This document shows, one piece after another, positions 26,839 to 38,598 of a stretch of DNA of 64,000 bases. A model generated the notes under the pieces. It was not told the DNA's origin. It saw nothing but the letters and a program-made list of their open reading frames with translations, and did no database searches. Numbering within the stretch: position 1 is the stretch's first letter; each line of letters starts with the position of its first letter. The DNA is from Fistulifera solaris (lineage: Eukaryota), in assembly GCA_030295235.1 (NCBI GenBank), contig AP026156.1:62001-126000 (forward strand), in the 5' to 3' direction. The position numbers and the translations under genes were made by a program.

Positions 26839-28470
26839 ATGTTCAATCACTGCTTTTCGACGACAAATCCGGAAAACAGGTTTCTGAGCAACCGTCTGTT
26901 ATGGATTACCGCGCTGTGGTGCACCGCCACCCTGGTGCTCGTGTACACTCGGTTGTCGAGCTTCGGGTTTCCCGCGCACTTTGAGGTCAAGATACAATAT
27001 ACATCGTACAATCCCGGCGAGCAATCCATCGATCGGTCACCTGCGTCGCCGCAAGAGACGGAGTCCTATGAAAGGAAGGAAGAAAAGCCACCTGAGTCTC
27101 CTACAGCCGAGTTGCCGCCGACAGAAACGCACGACACTCCGGAATCAGAAGTGAAATTTCCTTCCTTAGATACTTCAGACTCTCCCACAATCGAGAAGAA
27201 TATCGAAACAAAGGAAGAAGAAACACATTCAGAGCAGCTTTTGGAAGCTGTAGTTAAATCGCCATCCTTAGAAACACAAGACTCGCAAACAGTCGAGCAA
27301 AATATCGAAAGAAAGGAAGAAGAAACACAACTTGAACAACTATCGGAAGCTATAATAGAGTCACCAGTTTTAGAAACACAAGACTCGCAACCGATCGGTC
27401 AAAATACTGAAGCAGAACCTGCATCGCCATTCTTCTGGAATACCGTGTCCTGGAGTGAATTAGAAGCTCGTGCTGCGGTCACTAGTCCGTCTACTTCCTG
27501 TAATGAAACGCAACCCGGAGAACTCACATTCATGCCGAAATCGGATCAGTCCTTGATTACTTGGCCGGGTCCTCGCGACGGAGACAACACCATTTGTAAA
27601 TTCAATACGATACCGTGGTCCTTTCATCTTCCGCACATGATGCAATCGATCTACGGCTGCTGGTCTCTTTGGGAAGAGCGTGGTGGACATCTGGTTCTGG
27701 CGGGTCCCGTGGACCACGCCGGTTTCGATAAGCCCTTGAAAGACCGTTTCATGGTAGGATTGTTTCAAGCGATGGTCGACGTTTTCAATGTCACGATTAC
27801 GACGGTAGATCAACTCAGCGAAGCGGAACTGGAACGCGCCGTCAAGCCGCCGATTTGGGAAGGAGACTGGATGTGGACCTCCTTTTATATGCGTCGCTAT
27901 GTGGCCTGGAAGTGGACCGAAGCCCTGTTGAGAAGCGAACAGATTGAGAGAAAGTCATGTAACAGTGTCGTGCGTATCGGCATCATTAACCGGGAGGCTC
28001 ATTACGGTCGCTCGATTTTGAATGCGCAAGATATTATGGAACAATTGAAGCGCGTTTTCGGCGACAAAGTACAAGTCAATGAAGTCTATTTCGAGGATAC
28101 ATCGTTTCAAGAACAGTTGCAATGGTTTTCATCACATGATATCGTTTTGACGGGCCATGGAGCGCAAGAGACCGGGATGCCCTTTATGCCCAAGTGCGGT
28201 GTACTGTTAGAAGTCTTCCCCTTCAATTACTACATTCCCGAGTATTTTTCTGCCCTGACCGATTCGACTGACGTGCGGCATTACGTCATCAATAATGATG
28301 CGACTCATAGTGACCCGCAAGCGGCTACGAAGGAAAGTTCATCGAATCCGGAGACCGAGGGCCAAGCCAAGGCCACGAAATTGTGCCCAGCAACGCGTAG
28401 CACGGTGGAGTATCTATTGACCGCGGTTCGTGATTGGGACTCTTGTTGCCGTTCGTTAAATCAAAGATAA
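26839..28470 (+). CDS. GT61/DUF563-like glycosyltransferase, paralog 2
   Basis: Intact 543-aa ORF with TM, repeat stem and RIGIINR, FEDTSFQEQLQWFSSHDIVLTGHGAQETGMPFMPKCGVLLEVFP. Confidence 0.8.
   Translation: MFNHCFSTTNPENRFLSNRLLWITALWCTATLVLVYTRLSSFGFPAHFEVKIQYTSYNPGEQSIDRSPASPQETESYERKEEKPPESPTAELPPTETHDTPESEVKFPSLDTSDSPTIEKNIETKEEETHSEQLLEAVVKSPSLETQDSQTVEQNIERKEEETQLEQLSEAIIESPVLETQDSQPIGQNTEAEPASPFFWNTVSWSELEARAAVTSPSTSCNETQPGELTFMPKSDQSLITWPGPRDGDNTICKFNTIPWSFHLPHMMQSIYGCWSLWEERGGHLVLAGPVDHAGFDKPLKDRFMVGLFQAMVDVFNVTITTVDQLSEAELERAVKPPIWEGDWMWTSFYMRRYVAWKWTEALLRSEQIERKSCNSVVRIGIINREAHYGRSILNAQDIMEQLKRVFGDKVQVNEVYFEDTSFQEQLQWFSSHDIVLTGHGAQETGMPFMPKCGVLLEVFPFNYYIPEYFSALTDSTDVRHYVINNDATHSDPQAATKESSSNPETEGQAKATKLCPATRSTVEYLLTAVRDWDSCCRSLNQR
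27166..27410 (+). repeat. Coding tandem repeat, 102-bp (34-aa) unit, about 2.4 copies, in the GT61 stem
   Basis: TTAGAAACACAAGACTCGCAA recurs at 27268 and 27370; the unit is LETQDSQTVEQNIERKEEETQLEQLSEAIIESPV. Confidence 0.85.
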
Positions 28471-28641
28471 AGCTGTGCTGACCTGCAGAAAGAGGTTGTT
28501 CCTAATGTACAATTATCTACACGCTTTTTGCCTCCCATGAATGTGATTAATCCTTCGTATTCTAGGTTGATCTATTGTTTATTTTCGAGCAGGATGAATA
28601 GACTATGAACAAAGAATTTATCTACAGTGACACACAAACTA

Positions 28642-31523
28642 CTATCTATGGCGTTTATCTACGAGACATTGAGCACCCGAAGCTTTACTCAAAGTAATGA
28701 TTGTCCCCTCCTTCGAGATTTCGATATCCACCTTGTCTTTCGGTCGCAGATCAAGCACAGCCGCCGTTTCTTCGGAAATATCAGGGTACACATATTCATT
28801 TCGAAGCTCATCTTGCAGATATGCGTCTTTGAGGAAACGAAGGTCGATGCTGTCACTCATCTCGCTTTCAGCCTCCGTGGCTTCAATCGACGGAAGGTAA
28901 GAAGCAACACGGAAATGCTCCTGGCGAAGATAGGAATTGAAGAGAAGCGTAATGATGATAAGTGCTGATTACAAGACGACGAATGTAAGTGGTTAATAAA
29001 TCAATGAACGAAACAGGTAGCATTGTTTCACTTACGGATCATGAGCGGAGCGCCGATGCTCGCCTGTTTGATACCTAGCAAACCAGCGATCGTGACTTGA
29101 CCAATCACCATACAGGTCTGAATAATTCTGATAAAATTGAGCCAGATCACTCCTCCGCTGTCAGGGTTTGTCGGATAAATATAGACAAATTGATGGAGGA
29201 AGGATGGGTGTAGGACAAAAAGCAAAGTCCAACAATGTAAGACGTGATGGGGGCAATTACTTGGTACACCTTGGGAAGAAAAAGTAAGTAACAGCATCAA
29301 ACGAAAAGAGCACTAGCATATTACTTACGAAAATCACCATGAAGAAGAAGACATGCACAGAGGCCATGTTGGAAGCAAAGGAGAAAGGCGATGGGTCGGC
29401 AAGAGGTCTCAAGCCGTAGTAAGTAGTACGTTTTTGTTTCTCCGTAAAGCGAGGTCCGATGCACTTTCGGAGAAGTGCCATGACCAAAGCAACAATCCGA
29501 AGATTTTCAACGGCAAATCCTACTACTGTCCTGACAAAGACAAGCTGTACGAAGTACGTCGACTTTGCCGGTAAGGCATTGGCAAGCAAGTCGATTCCTG
29601 ACCACGGGTCGTCAATTATCTCTTTGATCGTTGTCAACAAGCTTCCAGCAACAGCCGACACAAAGAAAGTTTGAATGATCATAAATGCGGCAAGCTTTGA
29701 GAACGTCGAGGCTTGGACAACTGCTGCGGAGACTGGGCCTTCCAACATGGAAAGAGCTTCTAGAATAATCGGTAGCAAAGCATTGAATATGATCACGAAG
29801 AGGGGGCAATCTGTTGTAGGATGGGCTCCAGCGGTGGAAACGCATCGATCGCATCTTCGACCCACCCGAACTGGCTCTTTAGGCCTTCTACCGACGAGAT
29901 AGACGACAAAAAAAGCGATTGGAATAGTCCATAAAAGACAAAGAGCCACGGTAGCAGTAAAGCTGATAAGACTTCCGATTTGCAGATCAGCGTGTTCGCG
30001 CCCCACATTCGCCCAAAACACGTCAACTGGATCGGGCGCCTGCTTGACTTCCATATTAAAAGGTGCGTGATGATGGACGATTTGTATCGCAGTATTGGCC
30101 CGATTGAGGCTCGTGAACGTGACAAAGCCACCACTGGTGTTTTCCCCTTCTGTTGTATCTACAGCTTCGCTTTTGGTAAATAGCTTCCCTTGGTTCGCGA
30201 GGTCGTTCACTCTTTCTTCTTCGGCGGCGGTGACAGAGAAAGCGTCATTGTCTGCACTTTTCGGCGAGTCCGGAGTATGATGCTTCGATAATCTGCGATC
30301 CGTTAAAGTGGTGCGTTTGCGAATACCGCGGTTGAGAGCTCGGAGATCAGAGGCGTATCCTAGGAGGAAGATGTTAGAACTGGACTGGGTTCAAAAAAAG
30401 CCACACAACGAATCTCACCTTCAATCGAATCAACTTCAAAAGTCCCCTTGTCCTTGGATTTGACTTTTGTGCGTGGGACGCTTGCCAGTTGCATCGTTGA
30501 CCGAAACGGCGTACTCTAAATTCTCCACCGTTTGTGCACGAATTTGCAGGAGCTTCGTCACATTCGGTAGTTGGGCTTTCACGCGACTTTCGAACACTGC
30601 ATCATCGGAGAAGCACTTTTGAAAATACTTTGTCAGATCAGCATTGGTGCGGAATTGTTTCGGAATGTTCCTCACGTAAACTCTGTAAAAGAATCAAATA
30701 GTTAGTTTACCGACTCGATCATGAATTGGAACTTGAAGCATAGTCGTCAACGTACGCATAGTTTCTGGGCTTTCTCTGTTTCAAATATTTGTGCCGCATT
30801 TCTGTCGAAATTGAAGTAGAGGTGATTGTGAATCATCCTTTATAAATTGCAGTCGAGTTGAAAAGGCGTGAATGTAGCTTACCGATGAACCACTTAAAAT
30901 CGACATAGATCAAGTACATGGTATATCCGAACAGCAAATAGGATGCCAACGCGGTCGCAATTAGTCGCGCTGAACTGGACGGAAGATTTGCCACGGTGGA
31001 AGCTACGATTGCATCGTCAATGTTGGAGGTTTCCTCCGACTCATCCGCCGTGACATACAAAGGAATGAGCCAAAACGCGTTAAACATTCCCACCAGACAC
31101 AGCTTCGCTCCCATTTCCAGAGTTCGGAGGAAGCAAAGACTATCCATTCCACATTGTTCCATGATTTCATCGTCGGTAAACTTTTGGAGCATGAACACCC
31201 AAGAAATAAAACCGTACTGGTTCTTTGCCAAAGCGGTCTGTGGCGACAGCGTGAGATTTTTGGCCACACACAATGACACAAGATCGAACTAATTCTTTCA
31301 TTCAGTTTACCTTCAACTCTTCCTTTTCCGTCCAGCGACGAACCGTATAGGGCCGCGGATACTTCAATCGAACGAAACAGAAAAGAAGCCACACCACAGC
31401 GAAGATCGATCCGTACAAGATTGCCGTGTCACGGAGGATCGACTTGTCATCATACTGGATATCATCCGACGTCGAATTGCCTTCCTCCTCGAGAAGACGA
31501 GGCATCCATTCTAACTGGTTCAT
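28642..31523 (-). CDS. CSC1: OSCA/CSC1/TMEM63 mechanosensitive channel, paralog A (multi-exon, apparent frameshifts)
   Basis: CGMDSLCFLR, WLIPLY, VYVRNIP, GFVTF, APDPVDVFWANV, LLWTIPIAF, LANALPAKSTYF, HQFVYIYPTNPDSGGVIW, AYLQDEL. First donor at 31310. End approximate. Confidence 0.9.
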
Positions 31524-32463
31524 CTTTTACACACTCTCTCTCAGTTCTGTTGTAAATGAGTTTATTGATCTATTTTATGTCCGATTTGATTGATGCTGTT
31601 TTTCGTTTTCATGTTTGAAATATTGAGCAAAAGATTCTTTTGGATCATCGAGAAAAATGCAAGGAACGTTGTAAATACTCCGTCTTTTTTTTCTGTAGCT
31701 TGAGGCTTGAGTACTCGTGATCCAATTAGTGGATTTCTGGGCAACGACAACGTACCGGTACCTGTATCCAGTAATTCTGTTTCTCACTTATGCGCATCGG
31801 TACCCAGTCTATAAGTAAAATTAATCGTTAAATAGTCACACCAGTTTTTGCTGGAATTATGGATCTCTTTACGTAGTAGCTTACCTGGTATAGAAGAAAT
31901 TAGTGTAGATATTCGCAGTTCGCAGTTTTCGGTTCGCCAAACACACGCGCGAACGAGGCGGTAGGCGGGCAGGCGCCAGGCGCCAGACGCGAGATGCGAG
32001 GAGGAGTCAGTCGTCGTCGGTCCTCGGTCGTCGTCGTCGTCGGTCGTCGCCCACAGAAGCGAAAACACGCGACAAAAAAGCGACAAGCGACACACCGACA
32101 CACGTTGAATCCCGAATGAATTATTATTACTCCGAAAAACTCATTTGTTATGGTTGTTTTCCGGGACCTAGAAAATAGTACTTAAGCGAGCCATAGTTGA
32201 GTCCACACATTAGGCAATACCACCTTTTTAAATGCGCAGCGCGCAGCTCCGTTGTTTAAGCCCCGATTCAACCAAAAATACTCCGTAACCCTAAGGATTC
32301 TAGATCATCAAGTAGTCCTCCCTGGACCTTCTGACTACCAGTAGAAGTAGGAGGGTAGCCTCAGTTGTAATCGCTAGACTATATCGTAAATCTTACGGAG
32401 TGAAGCTTTGTGATCTAATCCTTGAATATAAGCGATAACTACAGTGTAAATCGACTAGTATTG

Positions 32464-35400
32464 CTAATCTCCTATCCATTCTTCTCGGAGAATACTTATT
32501 GTTTGGCAAGGCTCATCGAGAAAATAGACTGCCAAGTAGGGAGAGAGCCCTCGAGATTCAACATCGTCATCCTCCGCTTTGTTGCTTAGCGAATGTTGAC
32601 TCGATTCTAGAAGAGTTGTTGAAGACGGACTCGCTTCCTCTACGCTCTTTAGACCGAGCATTGCGAGGCGGGTGTCGTCGACATCTTCCGGAAACACTTC
32701 TTTGTCGCTCAGCTCCTTTTGAAGATACGCACCTTTACCAAAGAATCAGCAAAATTATCACCGTTTTGTATGTCCACTTTCAGGCACTCTTTTGTAGGCA
32801 GATATTCTGCGACTCGGAAGTGCTGTTGCTGCAGGTACGCGTTAAACAATATCGTGCAAATTATAAGAGCTAAAAAAAGAAGACGAAGTCATAAGAGCGA
32901 AATTGAGACAGATCGCAACGACACTTTGAAAACACTTACGGGCCATCAAAGGTGTCGCGATACCGGCTTTTTTCAGTCCCATAAGTCCCACCAATGTAAG
33001 TTGTGCCACTGTCATGCAAACCATGATGATCCGGATGAAATTGATCCAAATCCTTCCACCGCTATCCGGAAGCGTGGGATAAATGTACACGAACTGGTGC
33101 AGAAACGCAGGTCGCATGACCATAAAGCAAACACCGAGAAAGAAGCAAGTGAGAGGTGCTATTGACTGGTATACCTGTGACGAAAGGTGAGAAATCTTGC
33201 AAAAAAAGGAATAAATGCCCACGATTTCAGCCTTTCGACATACCATGAAAATCATAAAATAAAGCACCGAGAACTGCGCCATATTCGACGCGTGCTCAAA
33301 TTCAGAAGGGTCGGCAAGAGGCCGGAAAAAGTAGTAGCTAGTCTGGCGCTGTTTTTTCGTTACACGTGGTCCGACGAATCTCCGCACATATGCTAAAGCC
33401 AGCGGAATAATACGGATATTTTCGAAAGCGAGGCCAGTGACAGTACCAACGAAGGCGAGCTGAACAAAGAAAGTTGATTGTGCAGGAAGACTGGTTGCAA
33501 GGAGATCAATCGCAGAAAGCGGATCTTCGACGAGCTTTTTATTTCTTCCAGGATCGCTCCGGAAATTGCTGTGACAAAGAACGTTTGAATAATCATGAAA
33601 GCGGCAAGCTTGCTAAACGTCAACGCCTCCACAACAGATCCCGATACCGGTCCTTCCCACATGGAAAGCATTTCAAGAATCGCAGGGAGACTAGGCAAAA
33701 GTGAGAGGAAAACGTCAACCATCACCGATTGCGCGTTCGGGACCTACTTACAGTGAGTTAAACATGACCACGAGAAGAGGGGCAAGTTGCTGCAATATAG
33801 GCTCCAAAGCGGGAAAGGCTTCGATAGCATCCTCGACAAACTGAAACTGTTCTTTCAAACCCTCCACTGTTGACAGCGTTGCGAAAAATGCCATTGGAAT
33901 AGTCCAAAGGAGACAAATACCCACAGAAGCTGCCCGACTGAGAAGCTTTCCAATCTGAAGCTCTTTGTTCTCACGACCCACGTTGGCCCAAAACACGTCC
34001 TGTGGATCTGGAGCCTCCGCAACAGACATCATGAATGGCGTGTCATGGTGGAGCATCTGCAACGCGGCATATTTCAAACTGAGAGTTCTAAAGGATACAA
34101 AGCCTCCGCTATAATATTCGCCATCTCTATCTCCAGCGACTAAATTTACTGCGGACCCAACTGCATTTGTAGCGACTTTAGTAGCACCTTTTGCTGTATT
34201 GAGCACGGATCCGACAGCGCCCGAGGCAGTCTTCGAAACACTGGACGGTAAAAGTTTGATGCCGTTTCCATGACCGGAGTGTGATTCATTCGCAACCAAT
34301 GAATCATCAATCTTCTCGTCGGAGTAGCTTAATTTGTCGGATTGTACGCGCTCATCTGATTGAGAGAGTAGTTTGTCGTTTTCTGTCGATTCATACTTAA
34401 AGGGTTTTGATAGCCCGAAAATTCGTCGGGCGGACGGATTTAATTCGTCTAACGCGTCCGTCGATGCATTCCCTGAAAGAATGTCTTCCATGACCGTAAT
34501 ACGAGCCGAGATATCGGAATTCAATTCCGCTAACTCGCGCGCGAATGCTTTTCAACAAGCAAAACAAAAAAAAAACAAACTCATCGATGAGAACACTCTA
34601 TAAGTCATAGCATATCGAAGAAAAGAAGCCGGTAGCACGTACCGTCCACCGCATTGACACGATCTCCCGTCATAGCTCCACCGAAAACAGGGATGACCCC
34701 GACAGCGTCACTCACTCCAGGGATCCCTCCCACGAGACCCGTCTTGAGTGTGGGCGCTTTACCATCCCGCTCTTCCAAAGCCAGAGCATTCTCGAGCTTG
34801 GCTACTACCGCTTCGCGTTTCGTTACCAGACTCGACAGCTTATTGGCAATCAAACGAATTTTGGCATCCACCACTGGATCGCCACTGAAACAGTGGCGAA
34901 AGAATTCTTTCAACTGTTGGTTGGATCGTATCTCGGATGGAATGTTGCTCACGTACACGCTAAATGTTGGGAAAAAAAAACAGCCGTGAGTAAAATGAAA
35001 AGGCATGTATATTATGAAAGTACAAGACATGGATCACTTCACTTACGTGTAATTACAGGGCCTCGGCTTGCGAAGAAATTTGTGACGCATTTCTATCACC
35101 AAGAGATCGACTGGAGTGAGAAATAGCGTCGCCTACAAGAACAATTGCCCGTCTTTGTCCCGTTTCCACTCACCAATAAACCACTCAAACTCTTGTAAAA
35201 TCAGATACATGGTATACCCAAACGAAACATAGGCCGCCACGACGGTGGCCACCAACCGCGCCGATCCGGGCGGAACATGCGACACGGTGATTTGCACCAC
35301 CCAATCGGTGATGCGATCCGTTTCTTTCGAAGACTCGGCCGTCGCATAGATTGGAATGAGCCACAAGGCATTGAACATGCCCACCATACACAGCTGTTGT

Positions 35401-35858
35401 CCCATGGCCAGTGTGCGCAGAAAACAAACGGCATCCAAACCACAATGTTCGGCAATTTCGTCGTCATGAAAGGTAAAGAGCATACCAATCCACGAAAAGA
35501 ATCCATATTGTTCTTGAACGAGTGGATTCTGTCCGTAGAAGAAAGCGAATGGAATGAGCATTCATCTAGAAAAAAAAGGAAGAGAGAGTAGTAATAAGAA
35601 ATGATCGTCGTGCACGCGTACCTTCAAATCCTCCTCTTTCGTCCACATGCGAACCGTGTACGGTTTGGGAAAGGCTTTGCGGACCCAACAAAACCCGATA
35701 AAGGCTACGACAAAGATCGATCCGTAAATCATGACCATGTCACGGAGTATCGCCGAATCGTTGGGCATTCCGGAAGCGGTTGTTCCAGTATTCGAGCTAT
35801 TCTCTTCCTGCAACCATCGTGTTTCTGATTCCGATAGATGATTATTCGACGGCGACAT
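32464..35858 (-). CDS. CSC1: OSCA/CSC1/TMEM63 mechanosensitive channel, paralog B
   Basis: Same motif series: CGLDAVCFLR, VYVSNIP, GGFVSFRT, APDPQDVFWANV, HQFVYIYPTLPDSGGRIW. GT-AG introns include 33691-33751. Confidence 0.92.
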
Positions 35859-37064
35859 CCTTTCACTGTTTTGTCGATTAATGGTTGCTTGACGTCGTCA
35901 TGGATCTTCGCTCAGCTTTCTTGAAATAAAGAAGATCGAGAGGATCTTTTTCCTCAAACAAATACTTACATGGACATCGCAGGCCTTCATATTCTGCAAG
36001 AAAAAACTCGGGTTTGCGGGGGCAAAAGAGCAACGTTCTTCGAAAAGCAGCCCGGCGCGTGCAACGGAAACAAAACTACGTTCCGCGTGATAATACTTAG
36101 TACTCGCATCGTACGAGAAAGAGGGGCCGGTTAACTTCGTTCCATATGTTACTCCGCGCCTGCAATTGCAATAGCCCATAATTAAGTGGACGGCTTCCAT
36201 TGTTCTCGTCTCTCAAGACAGTCGGAAGACGGAATAAAGCAAAGAAAAACGAAGAAGCAGAGAAATGTTGCGGACTGCGGACAGCGGAGAAAATGATGAT
36301 GATGGAAAGAATTTATAGCGCTGGGATGCAACATACACAAGGTTATAGGTTATAAACTCCCTACTACTACTACTACAACTACACGTACGTAGTACGTAGT
36401 ACAAACCTGTCGCACGACAGAATCAAGACTGTTAAATTTAGCAACGGTCTTGGTGAGATACAAAAGTTGACGGAATCACAATGATACCTTCAATGGTGTT
36501 AAGTATTTCTCGATCTTTTGCCTAACATCCTCGCGAATTGTTGTATCATGTATAATGTAGTCGACTTTCTTTCACGACTGCTTTCAGTCATGAGTCAGTT
36601 TTTCAAATCCGCCCTGTTATCCTAGCTTCCGTTTACTTTGTAAGATGTTGAGATCGCAATGAAGTAACGTCTCAGAAGCAGTTGTGATTCGGGTCAGGAT
36701 TTGGTCAGGATTCAGTATGTCGAAAAGTCTTGCAAACGGTTGTTCCCAATATTTTATTTGCGACAAAGACGAAGGGTCGGCGACTTTCATTGACACGACT
36801 GTTCTTCTTCAGTCATGAATATCCACCTCCACGCTCCACGCATCATTGGGTCGTCTGGCGAATGGACGTTAAAATTCTGCCTCCAGTACAACCTTCTACG
36901 TAGCGTCCACGAAGAAGCAGAATTTTAACGCCGTTTCCGAATTGTGTAGGATGTATGATGTATGACGTGACTCAAAGCTCACAGAAAATCTGGAGATGTA
37001 GAATTTTGGGTCATCGTCATCGGAGGAAAATTTTTCATAATTCTTCTGTTTTTTTTTTTTTATA

Positions 37065-38440
37065 ATGATCTTCGTTCATTCAACTTGCAACATTTATTCC
37101 TTCTATGTACTATACTTCTTCTTCCTATGCATCTCTTTTCTTCGTAAACGTCTTATCTTTGGAATAGGACTCGCGTTGCTGCTACAAATTCCCTTGCTTT
37201 TTGTTTCACGCGACACAACAACAACGAACGACGACTCCTCTGTAGAGGATAATACCACAAAAGATGACGAGTCGAGCCTTTTCAACGATCATTATAGGTT
37301 TCCTCGTTGGGGGAATGAAGGAATTGGATTTGATGACTGGATGATCTTTGTCCAAGGACTTAAAATGGGACGGCATCGACCGTTGTTTCTCCCAAAACAC
37401 GGTCTCGGTTTCCCCGAAGTCTTGTATGTTGTCGACGCGCACGGCGTTTGGGTCAGTTCCATGCTGACGCAACGTAGTTTTTTCGGACAAACCAACATCG
37501 TCAAAAACTGACGGAACAACTGTTTACGGTAGCTTGGCAATTACTCATAGCACAAACCAACTCGACGCGATGGATACATCTACAACAAGCGTCGTCTCTG
37601 CAGGGATTTCCGTTCTTGGCGTGGTACGGAGACTATAAATCGTGTCAATACCACAATTGGAAGAATACCTCATCGATTCCTTTATTGACAACATGTGCTC
37701 CGGTTTCGTGTCCATACGCGTTTCCCATTCCCAATTATCAAAACGTTTGGAGTGTGCTATCGAATACGGAACAACAAACTTCCTATCAAACACAATACCC
37801 TTGGCCGTCAAAGCAACGACAATTGATATGGCGCGGTTCCTTGTCGGCACCCAATGAACATTATAATAGTACACGATGGCGCGTCGTAGTACACGCCCAA
37901 AACGATCCTCGGGTGGATGTTGGCTTTGTGTCCATTGGACACATGAATGCCCGTCTCCACATTCCATGGCCAGAAATTGGTGGTGGCTTGAAACCCACCA
38001 TTACACCCATGTCAGACTTTCAACAGTATTTTGCCATATTGGATATGGACGGCAATGCTTGGAGTAGTCGATTCGGTGAATTGCTGTGTTACAATTCGAT
38101 CGTTGTGAAAGTGGAACCGGTTTACGTCGAGTCGATCCAACGCGACTTGATTCCCTGGAAACATTACATTCCCATGGCGAGTAATCTATCAGATTGGGAC
38201 AGTGTTTTGGAATTTTTGTTCGATTCACGCAACGATGCGAAGATACAGAGGATGATACGAAGCGCGAATCGCTGGTGTCGTCAGCAGTTGACCATGCCGG
38301 CGTTGGCGGCTCGTCTGTTGGATGTTTGGGAAAATTATTTAGGGCACATGGAGGAAGGCAGTCCGCGGTGGCAAACGCAATGGTCCGAGTACAAAGCATC
38401 TATATTTCATTCCGATTTCGATATGGTCAAATTGAACTAA
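37065..38440 (+). CDS. Glycosyltransferase family 90 (KDELC/POGLUT/CAP10-like), type II membrane; apparent frameshifts in the 5' half
   Basis: YPWPSKQRQLIWRGS, VDVGF, ILDMDGNAWSSRFGELLCYNSIVVKV, LIPWKHYIP; N-terminal TM after RKR. Start may be 37105. Confidence 0.85.
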
Positions 38441-38598
38441 AATACTCTACCTCGACAGCACATTAGTGCGTTTAGTAGCGATGATGGGTCTACTTCTAAG
38501 TTCGGATCGCCGCGACTATCCAGAATTATATTGCTCTCAAAAATATGCACTGTCAATTAAAACTAAATTATTTAGTATCCAGAATTATCTTACGCTTT

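Noticed and set aside
32286..32294. TAACCCTAA telomere-like motif
   Set aside because: A single short unit, expected by chance.
36361..36402. (CTA)n/TACG microsatellite, and GTC repeats at about 32010-32050
   Set aside because: Ordinary simple repeats in promoter regions.
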